Source: an uncultured Syntrophomonadaceae bacterium
GTDB taxonomy: Bacteria > Bacillota > Dethiobacteria > DTU022
Assembly (NCBI GenBank): GCA_964485855.1
Contig: CAZAKI010000003.1
Coordinates: 26,096-90,095, forward strand
DNA length: 64,000 nucleotides
Reading direction: 5' to 3'
Under the pieces are notes generated by a model. That model had not been told where the DNA came from and did not search any database. It worked only from the letters and a program-made list of their open reading frames with translations. This document shows positions 47,662 to 57,939 of the stretch, in pieces. The first letter of the stretch is position 1. Each line of letters begins with the position of its first letter. The position numbers and the translations under genes were made by a program.

Positions 47662-48189
47662 TTGAACAGATGGAAAGAGCTTTGGGATTGGGTTCGTTCG
47701 ATCTTAATCGCTGTAATTCTTGCCGTGTTAATTCGGCTCTTTCTTTTTGAAGTCTTTGTAGTGGAAGGGCGCTCTATGTACCCAACGCTTCATGAAGCGG
47801 AGCGCTTAATGGTCAATAAAATTATCTACCGCTTTGATCAACCGAAAAGTGGGGATGTCGTTGTATTTGAATTTGAACCGGGCCGTGATTTTATTAAGAG
47901 AGTGATCGGTGTTGGCGGTAACCGGATCGAGATTAGAGACGGCCTGGTTTATCTCAACGATCAAGTCCTTGAGGAACCTTATTTACCCGGAAATATTGAA
48001 ATGAATGATTTCGGACCGGTTGAAGTCCCGCCCGGATATTTATTCTTAATGGGTGATTACCGTCAAAACAGCATGGATAGCAGAGATCCGCGTGTTGGTT
48101 TTGTTTCTCAAGATCATTTGAAAGGCAGGGCATTTTTTATTTTCTGGCCCCTCTGGGATGCACGTGCTGTGAGAAACGAGGTTGATTAG
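47662..48189 (+). CDS. lepB: Signal peptidase I
   Basis: Catalytic Ser box GRSMYPTL and Lys box (RVIGVGGNRIE), with GDYRQNSMDSRD. Confidence 0.9.
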   Translation: MNRWKELWDWVRSILIAVILAVLIRLFLFEVFVVEGRSMYPTLHEAERLMVNKIIYRFDQPKSGDVVVFEFEPGRDFIKRVIGVGGNRIEIRDGLVYLNDQVLEEPYLPGNIEMNDFGPVEVPPGYLFLMGDYRQNSMDSRDPRVGFVSQDHLKGRAFFIFWPLWDARAVRNEVD

Positions 48190-48191
48190 CC

Positions 48192-49025
48192 TTGAAAGAA
48201 GGTCAGTGGTACCCAGGCAACATGGCCAGGGCAATAAACAATCTGCGCCAGGATCTAAAAATTGTTGATCTGGTTGTAGAACTGCTTGATGCCCGCATTC
48301 CTTATAGCAGTCGCAATCCTGTTTTTGCCGAGCTGTTGAAAGCTAAAAAGCACTTGGTTTTATTACATAAGGCTGATCGGGCTGAAGATTCTGAAACGGC
48401 CAAGTGGCTGGTGTATTTCAAAAAACAGAAGATTAATGCCATGCCATTCAGCGTTCATCACAAACGCTATTTAAGCCAATTGATTCGATTCCTCAAAGAA
48501 CAGGAAAGCAACCTGCGTTCAACGAGGTTAAAACGTCCATTACGAATGATCATTGTTGGTATTCCAAATGTTGGCAAATCAACGATGATCAATTATTTTG
48601 TTCATAAAGCGGTTACCAGAACTGGAAATCAACCAGGCATAACCAAAGGTCGGCAATGGATCAGGATTAACCCAGGGCTTGAGCTGCTTGATACCCCTGG
48701 GGTCCTTTGGCCAAGAATTGATGAAGATACTGCCTGGCCCTTGGCGGTGGTGGGTGCTATCCCCCCCAGCAGGATTGACCTTGAATCGATGGCCCTTTGG
48801 CTGATTGATTATTACCTGGACAATATTAAGGCTGGCATCCTGAGCAATCGATATCCGTTAACTAATGTGAATTCTGCTGAAAAAATTTTTGAGCAGATTG
48901 CCAGAACACAGGGTTGCCTTCAGACAGAGGGAAAACCTGAGCCTAACCGTACTGCAGCTCTTTTGCTCCGTGATTTCCAGGCTGGCTTACTGGGCAGGAT
49001 CACCCTGGAAAAAGCACCGCTTTGA
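48192..49025 (+). CDS. rbgA: Ribosome biogenesis GTPase A (YlqF/RbgA), circularly permuted GTPase
   Basis: Permuted G motifs (HKAD … GIPNVGKST … DTPG). Confidence 0.9.
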   Translation: MKEGQWYPGNMARAINNLRQDLKIVDLVVELLDARIPYSSRNPVFAELLKAKKHLVLLHKADRAEDSETAKWLVYFKKQKINAMPFSVHHKRYLSQLIRFLKEQESNLRSTRLKRPLRMIIVGIPNVGKSTMINYFVHKAVTRTGNQPGITKGRQWIRINPGLELLDTPGVLWPRIDEDTAWPLAVVGAIPPSRIDLESMALWLIDYYLDNIKAGILSNRYPLTNVNSAEKIFEQIARTQGCLQTEGKPEPNRTAALLLRDFQAGLLGRITLEKAPL

Positions 49026-49115
49026 TTAGTGAGAAAGAACAGCTAGAGGAGCAGTAAACTGAATTTTGAAAGATTTACAATCAGTGAACTAGCCGCCTTT
49101 CTAAATCAAAAGAAA

Positions 49116-49832
49116 GTGATTTCACCTGAAGAGGAAAAGGTGCTCAAAAATGATCGACGGCAGGGTGTTCAAGATCTGCTCGATCGTTTTTTTAGGATGC
49201 AAAATAACCTTCTAAAAGAAACAGAACGTCTGGAGAAAATGCTTTGGGAAGAAAATAAACTCCGGCAGCAAGGTTATTGTTTTATTGCCGGCCTTGATGA
49301 AGCAGGACGCGGTCCCCTTGCCGGTCCGGTTATGGCGGCAGCAGTAATTCTCAAACCGGGAACAATAATTAAGCATTTGAATGATTCAAAGCAGCTTACG
49401 GCAAAAAGAAGGGAATTTCTTTTTGAAAAGATTGTTGTCGAAGCTCAGGCCTATGGTTTGGGTAGCGCTTCTCCGGAAGAGATCGATCGAACCAATATTC
49501 ATGAGGCTTCTCTTCTGGCGATGAACAGAGCTCTTGAGAAGATGCCACAAAGACCGGACTATCTATTAGTTGATGGTTTTACTCTTCGTTCTAACCCCTG
49601 TAAACAAAAGGCCATCATCCACGGTGATGAGATTTCGCTTTCAATCGCAGCTGCTTCAGTTTTAGCCAAAGTTGCCCGTGATGATTTAATGTTAAAACTG
49701 CATAAAACCTACCCTCAGTATGGATTTGACCGTAACAAAGGTTACGGAACTCTTGAGCATCGCCAGGCTATCGCTAAATATGGCTTATGCCCTGAACACC
49801 GCAAAACATTCAGGTTAAAAGAAAATAGCTAA
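49116..49832 (+). CDS. rnhB: Ribonuclease HII
   Basis: Catalytic DEAGRGPLAGPV motif. The N-terminal extension is similar in length to Bacillus RnhB. Confidence 0.9.
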   Translation: MISPEEEKVLKNDRRQGVQDLLDRFFRMQNNLLKETERLEKMLWEENKLRQQGYCFIAGLDEAGRGPLAGPVMAAAVILKPGTIIKHLNDSKQLTAKRREFLFEKIVVEAQAYGLGSASPEEIDRTNIHEASLLAMNRALEKMPQRPDYLLVDGFTLRSNPCKQKAIIHGDEISLSIAAASVLAKVARDDLMLKLHKTYPQYGFDRNKGYGTLEHRQAIAKYGLCPEHRKTFRLKENS

Positions 49833-49854
49833 TCTTGAACTTGGGGTTGAAAAG

Positions 49855-50226
49855 ATGACTACGAGCAGGCAACTGGTTGGTAAAACCGGTGAAAAAGCAG
49901 CTAGGGATTATCTTGAGAAGCAGGGTTACCAGATTGTGGAGACCAATTATCGCTGCATGCTCGGAGAGCTGGATATTATTGCCCGGGAAGCGATTACCAC
50001 TGTTTTTATTGAAGTACGCACAAAAACAGGTTTATCTTTTGGCAGTCCTGAAGAGTCGATAACAGTAGATAAGGCCAAGCGTTTAAAGCGCCTGGCTGCA
50101 AAATATTTGCAAGCTTATGGCCTGTCTGAAACTCCCAGTCGCATTGATCTGATTGCAGTTCAACTGGATAGAAACGATTTATCGGTCCTGGGGCTGAAGC
50201 AGATTAAGGGGATTTTATCCGGATAG
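49855..50226 (+). CDS. yraN: YraN family (UPF0102) putative endonuclease
   Basis: 123 aa. Conserved partner downstream of rnhB. Confidence 0.85.
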   Translation: MTTSRQLVGKTGEKAARDYLEKQGYQIVETNYRCMLGELDIIAREAITTVFIEVRTKTGLSFGSPEESITVDKAKRLKRLAAKYLQAYGLSETPSRIDLIAVQLDRNDLSVLGLKQIKGILSG

Positions 50227-50257
50227 ATTTTCTAGGGGGAAGGGGGTATTCATTACT

Positions 50258-50728
50258 GTGTTATATATTGCAGTTGTCGGTGGAGCAAAATGCACAGAGG
50301 ATGAGTATAATCTTGCTTTTTCAGTCGGAATGGAAATTGCACGCCAAAAGGCTGTTTTAGTGTGCGGAGGGGGATCAGGCGTGATGGAGGCGGCGGCAAA
50401 AGGTGTTTATCAAAGAGGGGGCACCACAATCGGAATACTGCCCGGTGAAAGCAATCAGTCTGGAAACAGGTATCTAGCCTATACCATTGCTACCGGGATC
50501 GGGGAGGCGCGCAATGCCATTATTGCCAGAACTGCTGATGCTGTAATTGCTGTCGGTGGCGAATACGGGACTCTTTCTGAAATGGCGCTCGCCTTAAAAA
50601 TGGGTAAACCTGTAATCGGGTTAAAAAGTTGGTTTTTAATAGCACCCGGCCCACTCGACAAAAAAGTTCAAAAAGCAGACACAGCAAATGCGGCGGTTGA
50701 AAAGGCCATTTCGCTTATTGCTAACTAA
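50258..50728 (+). CDS. TIGR00725 / LOG-family Rossmann-fold protein
   Basis: 156 aa with a GGGxGxME segment (VCGGGSGVMEAAAKG) typical of LOG/DprA-like Rossmann proteins. Confidence 0.65.
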   Translation: MLYIAVVGGAKCTEDEYNLAFSVGMEIARQKAVLVCGGGSGVMEAAAKGVYQRGGTTIGILPGESNQSGNRYLAYTIATGIGEARNAIIARTADAVIAVGGEYGTLSEMALALKMGKPVIGLKSWFLIAPGPLDKKVQKADTANAAVEKAISLIAN

Positions 50729-50745
50729 AAACTGCTCGGCATTGA

Positions 50746-52278
50746 CTAAAGTTGTCGATCAAGGCTTCTGTACTGAACCGCTTCGGCAATATGGATGGTT
50801 TCGATCTGCTCAGCATTGGCCAGATCAGCTATCGTGCGGGCCACCTTGATAATTCGATCGTGAGCACGCATCGAAAGCTTCAAGTTTTGAAAAGACTGAT
50901 TCAGTAATTTACGGGCCTCTGTGTTCAGGGGACAGTACTTTTCAAAATGCCTGGACTGTAGCTGGGCGTTAGCGGTCACCCGGATTTTTTTAAAACGATC
51001 ACGCTGAATAGCTCTTGCGTTTTCCACCCGGTTGCGAATAACTGCTGAAGGTTCGCCGTTTTCTTCCTGTAAAAGCCGGTCAAGTTTAATGGCAGGAACT
51101 TCAACCTGGAGATCAATCCTATCAATCAAGGGCCCGGATAGCTTCTGCCGGTAACGGAAGATCTGGGTTGGGCTGCAGCGACATTCTTGTCCGGGGTTAC
51201 CGTAGTTACCACATGGGCAAGGATTCATTGAACCGACAAACATAAAATCAGCAGGGTAAGTAACGGTTGCTGCAACACGGGTCACAGTAACGATACGATC
51301 TTCCAAAGGTTGTCTTAAGGCCTCGAGCACTTCGCGATTATACTCGGGCAGTTCATCAAAAAAGAGAACCCCCCGGTGGGCTAAACTTACTTCACCAGGG
51401 CGAGGGTTTTTACCACCGCCGATAATGCCGGCAGTAGAGGCACTGTGATGAGGGCTGCGAAATGGCCGTTGGGCAAGCAGAGGTTTGCTTTTATCCAATT
51501 GGCCGGCCACACTGTGGATTCTTGTGATCTCAAGGATCTCATCTAAAGTAGGCGCAGGTAGAATTGAAGGCAACCTTCTGGCCAACATAGTTTTGCCGCT
51601 GCCTGGTGGACCGTAGAGCAGAAGGTTGTGCGAACCGGCTGCAGCTATCTCCAGGGCTCTTTTAGCTGTTTCTTGTCCTTTAACTTCAAAAAAATCAGTT
51701 TCAGTATTTTCAGTTATCCCGTCCTCAAAATTTGTCCACATCACTGATGGAATGCTTTCTGCTCCACGCAAGTGGTTAACAACATGATCTAAGGATCTTA
51801 CCGCTTTTATTTCGATCTCTCTCACCAGTGCTGCTTCAGTGCTGTTCACTGCAGGTAGGAAGAGGTTCTTATGCCGGTAACTTTCTTCTTCCAGAGAAAG
51901 CGCCATAGCCAGGGTACCATTAACTGCTCTCAGACTGCCATCTAGCGAAAGTTCACCAACAAAGACTGAATTTTCCAGGTTTTCTGTTTTGGGAATTTGG
52001 TTGGTGGCGACCAGCAAGCCGATCGCGATTGCCAGATCAAAGGCGGATCCTTCTTTTTTCAGATCGGCTGGAGCCAGGTTGACTGTAATTCGGGAATAGG
52101 GAAAATCATAGCCACTGTTACGCACAGCGGCCCTGACCCGCTCCTTTGCTTCACGCACTGATGCATCAGGCAGGCCAATTAGATCAAAAGCCGGCAATCC
52201 GTCGGCAATGTCTACTTCAATTTCTAAAGGGATACCTTTAATCCCGAGGATTGCGCAGGAATAAACTTTTGCCAGCAT
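50746..52278 (-). CDS. comM: YifB/ComM family Mg-chelatase-like AAA+ ATPase
   Basis: Lon-protease-like N-domain, AAA+ Walker A (GPPGSGKTM) and a C-terminal Cys cluster. 510 aa. Confidence 0.9.
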   Translation of the reverse strand: MLAKVYSCAILGIKGIPLEIEVDIADGLPAFDLIGLPDASVREAKERVRAAVRNSGYDFPYSRITVNLAPADLKKEGSAFDLAIAIGLLVATNQIPKTENLENSVFVGELSLDGSLRAVNGTLAMALSLEEESYRHKNLFLPAVNSTEAALVREIEIKAVRSLDHVVNHLRGAESIPSVMWTNFEDGITENTETDFFEVKGQETAKRALEIAAAGSHNLLLYGPPGSGKTMLARRLPSILPAPTLDEILEITRIHSVAGQLDKSKPLLAQRPFRSPHHSASTAGIIGGGKNPRPGEVSLAHRGVLFFDELPEYNREVLEALRQPLEDRIVTVTRVAATVTYPADFMFVGSMNPCPCGNYGNPGQECRCSPTQIFRYRQKLSGPLIDRIDLQVEVPAIKLDRLLQEENGEPSAVIRNRVENARAIQRDRFKKIRVTANAQLQSRHFEKYCPLNTEARKLLNQSFQNLKLSMRAHDRIIKVARTIADLANAEQIETIHIAEAVQYRSLDRQL

Positions 52279-52524
52279 CAGGCGGCCTCCTTCATTGCTG
52301 CGATTAGAACCGTGATCATTGCTTTGACTGTTATAATTAATTCAGCAGTTATTTTGATTTACCTGCTCTTTTTTATAGTTTTGGTGAAAGTTTTGAGCAT
52401 CAATAATGCGGGATTGTTTATTTTCTTGCAAAAGGATTCTATGTTATAATTTCTTATAATATAAAAAATTATATAACCATCATAAAGCAGAGTTTTATTC
52501 TAATCCTGAAAGGAGGAAATGTAA

Positions 52525-52683
52525 TTGGATAAATGGGAATGCCAGGTGTGCGGTTATGTTTATGACCCGGCCGAAGGAGACAGTGATGGCGGGGTTGCCC
52601 CGGGCACTGCATTTGAAGATCTTCCCGATGACTGGGTTTGTCCTGTCTGCGGCGTTGGTAAAGAAGAGTTCGCAAAACTATAA
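52525..52683 (+). CDS. rub: Rubredoxin (52 aa); not in the ORF track (TTG start, different frame from the listed ORFs)
   Basis: The translation reads (M)[51 protein letters not shown]. Two CxxCG knuckles. RBS aggagg lies 8 nt upstream of the TTG, which is directly preceded by a TAA. Confidence 0.85.
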   Translation: MDKWECQVCGYVYDPAEGDSDGGVAPGTAFEDLPDDWVCPVCGVGKEEFAKL

Positions 52684-52712
52684 AATATTTAAGACTATCG
52701 CAAACATTATGA

Positions 52713-52750
52713 ACGGGAGGTTTTTTTCTACCTCCCGTCATTTTATTTTT
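52713..52750 (+). terminator. Rho-independent terminator after the rubredoxin gene
   Basis: acgggagg-tttttttcta-cctcccgt followed by cattttattttt. Confidence 0.7.
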
Positions 52751-52914
52751 ATGCGATTATATTTCGTTGACTGCCAATGACAATTACTGTTGATCAGTAA
52801 AATAGAAGCAGGAGTTTAGTTGAAATTAATGCTCCTTGCTGGCGGCATTGGAGTGGATATGTTATGATTCGCCTGATTGTTAAATCGTCTATTTGTTTAG
52901 AGAGGATTGACTAA

Positions 52915-54891
52915 TTGAACGGATCTGAATTTTATTCTAGGAGTATGCAAAACCCTGACCCAAAGTGGATTGGGCTGCTGGAGAAAGAACTCAATCAAGC
53001 CCAGTTCGAATTTGCCACAGCTGATGAAAAGGCGTTGCTCGGGCTGGCCGGACCCGGATCAGGAAAAACCAGAGCCCTAGTTTATCGGGCTGCCCACCTG
53101 ATTCAGTGCGGAATACATCCTGAAGAGTTGATGCTGCTGACCTTTACCAACAAGGCTGCCGGCGAAATGAAGGAACGCTTGGAAACCCTGATTGGTTTTT
53201 TACCGAAACGTTTGTGGGCCGGAACTTTTCACAGTATTGGGGCACGAATATTAAGAACCAATGCTACCCTGATCGGTCGGACAGCAAATTTTACAATCAT
53301 GGATGAAGACGACAGCCGGATTATCTTAAAACAAATCCTCAGTAACCAGGAGGTTTGTGACGAAGACCGGAAGCTGATCATGCAACGCAACTTACTGGGT
53401 AGGATGATCAGCCAGGCTCGTAACTCGGGTCTCTCAATCAGGGAAGTGATGGAAGAATTCTACCCCTACCGGCTTGAATATCTTGAGATTATTACAAAAA
53501 CTGCGGAACTTTACGAACAGAAAAAACTTGAAACTAATGCCTTTGATTTTGATGATCTGCTTTTATGTTGGTTGGATCTCTTTGAGCGCTTTCCGCAGAT
53601 CAGCGATCATTATTGCCAAAGAGTTAGACATCTCTTAGTTGACGAATTTCAGGATACCAATTTGATCCAAGCTCGGATTATCGACCTTTTTTCCGGGACC
53701 TCATCGATCTGTGTGGTTGGAGACGATGCCCAGTCTATTTATGCATTTCGCTATGCCCAGATCGGTAACATCCTTTCATTTCCGGAGAAGTATGCAGATT
53801 GCCTTTTGGTGAGGATGGAAAAAAACTATCGTAGCACTCCGGAGATTGTTGAACTGGCTAATTGTTCGATCCGCCATAATCAGGAACAGCTACCGAAGAA
53901 GCTTTACTCTGATAATCCCGCCGGTGATAAACCGGTAATCGCCAGGGTTTGTGATGCCAGGCAGGAAGCCGCTTTTGTTCTGCAAAACATCTGGGAATTG
54001 CAACACACTTTTTCCATCCCTCCGGAAGAGATTGCCGTTTTATATCGCAGTTCTTATCTAACGCCGGAGATCGAATTTGCCTTAGCGCGCAAGGGCATCA
54101 GTTACCAGACATTTGGTGGGGTGAAATTTTTTCAAAAAGCACAAATCAAGGACTTACTGGCTTACCTTAAAGTGATCTACAACTCCCGGGACGAAAACTC
54201 CTGGCGGCGCATAGCCACTATGCAACAGGGTTTGGGCCCAACTTCATTTGATAAGCTTTGGACTAAACTAAAAAAACAGCCTGATCCGCTGGCAGCAGCT
54301 TTGAGTGGAGAGTATCAGCCTTCGAGAGGAAAAGCTGGATGGGCATCGCTGCTTAGTACCCTGAAACAACTTCTTAACCTGGGGCCGGAAGATGTTCCCC
54401 AGCTGATTACGACAGTGATGGATTACACTTATGATGCAATTCTTAAACAGAAATATCCCGATCAGTATCTAGAACGACTGGGTGGCCTTGAAAGACTGGC
54501 TATTTATGCCGAGCGATTTGAATCTCTTGCCCAGTTTCTTGAGTCACTGATTTTGGAAGAATCGGTTTTTGCCGATTCTGAAGGCGGGTTTACCCCAGGA
54601 CAGCTAACCCTTTCAACCATTCACAGTGCAAAAGGCAAAGAGTGGGAAGCAGTATTTATCGTTGGTATGAACCAGGGGCATTTTCCATCCCAGAGATTTG
54701 ATGACAGTAACTTAGCTGAGGAGAGACGTCTCTTTTACGTTGCGGCTACCAGGGCCCGCCGGTATTTGATGATGTCAACTTACCGCGAAGATTACCGTAA
54801 TTATGGCGCTGTTTCAGAAGGTCCTTCAATCTTCCTGCGAGAGCTTCCGCCTGATTGCTACCGGCTGGTTGATTATGACAGCGGCTTCTAA
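52915..54891 (+). CDS. UvrD/REP-family superfamily I DNA helicase (short stand-alone form)
   Basis: Walker A GPGSGKT, Walker B DEFQDT and the helicase motifs IV-VI of UvrD type. 658 aa. TTG start. Confidence 0.8.
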   Translation: MNGSEFYSRSMQNPDPKWIGLLEKELNQAQFEFATADEKALLGLAGPGSGKTRALVYRAAHLIQCGIHPEELMLLTFTNKAAGEMKERLETLIGFLPKRLWAGTFHSIGARILRTNATLIGRTANFTIMDEDDSRIILKQILSNQEVCDEDRKLIMQRNLLGRMISQARNSGLSIREVMEEFYPYRLEYLEIITKTAELYEQKKLETNAFDFDDLLLCWLDLFERFPQISDHYCQRVRHLLVDEFQDTNLIQARIIDLFSGTSSICVVGDDAQSIYAFRYAQIGNILSFPEKYADCLLVRMEKNYRSTPEIVELANCSIRHNQEQLPKKLYSDNPAGDKPVIARVCDARQEAAFVLQNIWELQHTFSIPPEEIAVLYRSSYLTPEIEFALARKGISYQTFGGVKFFQKAQIKDLLAYLKVIYNSRDENSWRRIATMQQGLGPTSFDKLWTKLKKQPDPLAAALSGEYQPSRGKAGWASLLSTLKQLLNLGPEDVPQLITTVMDYTYDAILKQKYPDQYLERLGGLERLAIYAERFESLAQFLESLILEESVFADSEGGFTPGQLTLSTIHSAKGKEWEAVFIVGMNQGHFPSQRFDDSNLAEERRLFYVAATRARRYLMMSTYREDYRNYGAVSEGPSIFLRELPPDCYRLVDYDSGF

Positions 54892-54978
54892 TTTCAGCTT
54901 TGGCTAGAATAGACATTAGCTGAACAGGTGTAGTATAATACCTTTTAATTTTATGTCCCAAAGATCATTGGAGGAATA

Positions 54979-56613
54979 ATGATGCAGAAAGTTGACATCT
55001 ACGATACAACATTAAGAGACGGTTCACAACGTGAAGGTGTTTCGCTATCTGTAGCCGATAAAATTAAGATCACTGAAAAGTTGGATCAATTTGGGATTGA
55101 TTATATCGAAGGTGGTTGGCCTGGTTCAAATCCGAAAGATATTGATTATTTCAGGCGGGCGTCAAAAATAAAATTAAAGCATGCCAGATTATGTGCTTTT
55201 AGCAGTACACGCAGGCCGGGTGTCCATATAGAAGAGGATCAGAATATTCGTGCCCTGGTTGAATCAAACACCGGTACCGTAACGATATTTGGCAAAAGCT
55301 GGGATTTTCATGTTCACGATGCCCTGAAAACGACCTTGAAAGAGAACCTGTTGATGATTAGCGATACTGTTAAGTATTTAAAAAATCATCGCCGACAGGT
55401 TTTTTTCGATGCAGAACATTTTTTTGATGGCTACAAAGCAAATCCGGAATATGCCTTGGCAACACTTGAAGCTGCTGCAGTGGCAGGTGCTGATCTGCTA
55501 GTTCTCTGTGACACAAACGGTGGATTGATGCCCTGGGAGCTTAAGGCGATCATGACTGCTGTCAAGGAGAAGGTCGATATTCCGCTTGGGATTCACGTTC
55601 ACGATGATGCCGGGATGGCCACTGCTAATTCTTTGATTGCGGTCTGTGAAGGTGCAGTACAGGTTCACGGCACGATTAATGGTTATGGTGAGCGGTGCGG
55701 TAATGCTAACCTTTGTACTATCATTCCCAATCTACAGCTGAAGATGGGATTGTCTCTGGTTACAGAAGAGCAGCTTAAGGGTTTAACAAAAATGTCTCGC
55801 TTTATTGCCGAGCTGGTGAATATTGCACCCGCGGAACAGCAGCCCTATGTTGGCTACAATGCTTTTGCCCATAAAGGCGGGATTCATATCGATGCTGTCA
55901 GCAAAAAGCCGGCTACCTACGAACATGCTGATCCCTCAGCGGTTGGTAACCGGAGAAGGATCCTGGTATCCGAACTTGCCGGACGCAGTAGTATCAGTCT
56001 GAAAACAGCAGGAAATAGCATTCAACTTGACAAAGACCGTCCGGAAACCGCTTCGGTCCTGCAACGTATTAAGGAAATGGAGCATTATGGATATCAATTT
56101 GAGGGTGCTGAAGGTTCTTTTGAGCTTCTAGTCTTGAAAATGATGAAGGCTTATCAACCTCTCTTTAAACTGGAAGGTTTTCGGTTGATTATTGAGAAAC
56201 GTGAAAACGGACAGCTTTATTCTGAAGCAACAATAAAGGTCAGGGTTGGCGATGTACAGGTTCACACCGCAGCCGAGGGAAATGGCCCGGTCAATGCTCT
56301 TGACCATGCCCTCAGAAAAGCGCTGGAGGACATCTATCCCGCTCTGAAAAAAATTCGCTTAACGGATTTCAGGGTGAGGGTTATCGATGGAGTTGATGGA
56401 ACAGGCGCTCAGGTCAGGGTATTGATCGAATCAAGAGATGAAGAAATTAGCTGGGGGACGGTTGGTGTATCGCCTAATATTATAGAAGCCAGCTGGATCG
56501 CCTTGGTTGACAGTCTGGAGTATGGACTGCTCTTCCGAAAGTTACCTGAATTTACAGAAGCCCGCAAGGTTTTGGAACAATTAAAAGGTGAAGGATTAAT
56601 ATCTTTATCTTGA
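54979..56613 (+). CDS. cimA: (R)-citramalate synthase / LeuA-family alpha-ketoacid acetyltransferase (TIGR00977-like)
   Basis: N-terminus DIYDTTLRDGSQREGVSLS…IEGGWPGSNPKD, DRE-TIM barrel, HVHDDAGMA, and a C-terminal LeuA-dimer regulatory domain. The second ATG at 54982 may be the true start. Confidence 0.75.
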   Translation: MMQKVDIYDTTLRDGSQREGVSLSVADKIKITEKLDQFGIDYIEGGWPGSNPKDIDYFRRASKIKLKHARLCAFSSTRRPGVHIEEDQNIRALVESNTGTVTIFGKSWDFHVHDALKTTLKENLLMISDTVKYLKNHRRQVFFDAEHFFDGYKANPEYALATLEAAAVAGADLLVLCDTNGGLMPWELKAIMTAVKEKVDIPLGIHVHDDAGMATANSLIAVCEGAVQVHGTINGYGERCGNANLCTIIPNLQLKMGLSLVTEEQLKGLTKMSRFIAELVNIAPAEQQPYVGYNAFAHKGGIHIDAVSKKPATYEHADPSAVGNRRRILVSELAGRSSISLKTAGNSIQLDKDRPETASVLQRIKEMEHYGYQFEGAEGSFELLVLKMMKAYQPLFKLEGFRLIIEKRENGQLYSEATIKVRVGDVQVHTAAEGNGPVNALDHALRKALEDIYPALKKIRLTDFRVRVIDGVDGTGAQVRVLIESRDEEISWGTVGVSPNIIEASWIALVDSLEYGLLFRKLPEFTEARKVLEQLKGEGLISLS

Positions 56614-56780
56614 TCAAAACTGTAAGGGGTATCAAGCAGATTGAAAGATAAGGAACTGCGTAGTATTCTTTTTAAACTTTCCAGTGCTAATGATTTGCAA
56701 AACGCTGTCAGACTCCTAGAAAAACTGCTGACAAATCCATGGCCGGTTCAAAAGGATAACTACTAAAGGATATCTACTAA

Positions 56781-57881
56781 ATGAAAAATAGCTACGGATC
56801 TGAACTTATCTATCTAAATGCCCTTAATTGTATCTCTAACCTTGGAGTAAGACGGATCAAGGTTCTCCTTGATTGCTTTGGTCAAGCCGAGACGGTCTGG
56901 GCTGCTTCCCTTGATGAAATCGATGCTGTTCTGAATCTAAAAGGTGGCTTCGAACAACTGCGGAAGGAAAAAGAAGCACTGGATCCGGAGAAAGAGTGGC
57001 TGCTTTTAGAAGAAAAAGGCATTAAAGCGATAGCACCGTTTATGGATGATTATCCTACACTTTTGAAAGAAATCAATCATGTTCCACCGATTCTCTACTA
57101 TCGTGGCAATCTTGAAATATTTAATCAGCCTGCAGTTGCCATCGTCGGCAGTCGCCGGTGCACATTTTATGGACAGGAAGTTGCTCATAAATTGGCTTTC
57201 GAACTAGCCTCTGCCGGTGTTGTCATAGTCAGCGGGATGGCTCTCGGTATTGACACGGCTGCACACCGTGGGGCTTTAGAATCTTCCGGTTACACAGCGG
57301 CAGTTCTTGGCTGCAGCCTTGATTGCTGTTACCCGCCTGGCAATCAGGAACTGATGGAACAAATATCATCTTGCGGAGTTATTATCAGTGAATTTTCTTT
57401 AGGGACTGAACCTCTGCCGTTTAATTTTCCCCAGCGAAATCGAATCATCAGCGGCCTATCGCTTGGCACTATCGTTGTTGAAGCAACAGCAAAAAGCGGC
57501 TCATTAATTACGGCGAACTATGCCCTGGAACAAAACCGGGAAGTATTTGCCGTGCCCGGTAATATTGGGTCCCCCTACAGCAGGGGTTGTCACCGTTTAA
57601 TCAAAGATGGAGCAAAGCTGGTTGAATCGGCAGCAGATGTATTTGAAGAACTTGCCTTAGATCATGTGCTGGAAGAACAACAGTCGTTCGGCTTTCCTGA
57701 AGAGAGCTTAAGTGAGGCTGAAAGCAAACTGTTAAATATAATCCCCTATCAGCAGCTGCATATCGATAATCTTATCCGCTTAAGTGGTCTCAGTGCTGCC
57801 GAGGCCAGTGCTTTATTATTATCTCTTGAGATGAAAAAACAGATTCGTCAGACGCCAGGGAAATATTTTTGCCGGATTTGA
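56781..57881 (+). CDS. dprA: DNA processing protein DprA (Smf)
   Basis: Rossmann-like DprA core (VAIVGSRRCTFYGQEV… GMALGIDTAAHRGAL). Confidence 0.9.
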   Translation: MKNSYGSELIYLNALNCISNLGVRRIKVLLDCFGQAETVWAASLDEIDAVLNLKGGFEQLRKEKEALDPEKEWLLLEEKGIKAIAPFMDDYPTLLKEINHVPPILYYRGNLEIFNQPAVAIVGSRRCTFYGQEVAHKLAFELASAGVVIVSGMALGIDTAAHRGALESSGYTAAVLGCSLDCCYPPGNQELMEQISSCGVIISEFSLGTEPLPFNFPQRNRIISGLSLGTIVVEATAKSGSLITANYALEQNREVFAVPGNIGSPYSRGCHRLIKDGAKLVESAADVFEELALDHVLEEQQSFGFPEESLSEAESKLLNIIPYQQLHIDNLIRLSGLSAAEASALLLSLEMKKQIRQTPGKYFCRI

Positions 57882-57939
57882 CAAGTGTGATAGAATACCT
57901 TGCGGAGATTGATTTCTATCCTCGGGGAGGAAGCAATAG

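Noticed and set aside
52469-52780. ORF-track ORFs 52556..52780 (+) and 52469..52741 (-)
   Set aside because: Both overlap the rubredoxin gene in other frames and have no RBS or homology. Rubredoxin in the third frame explains the region.
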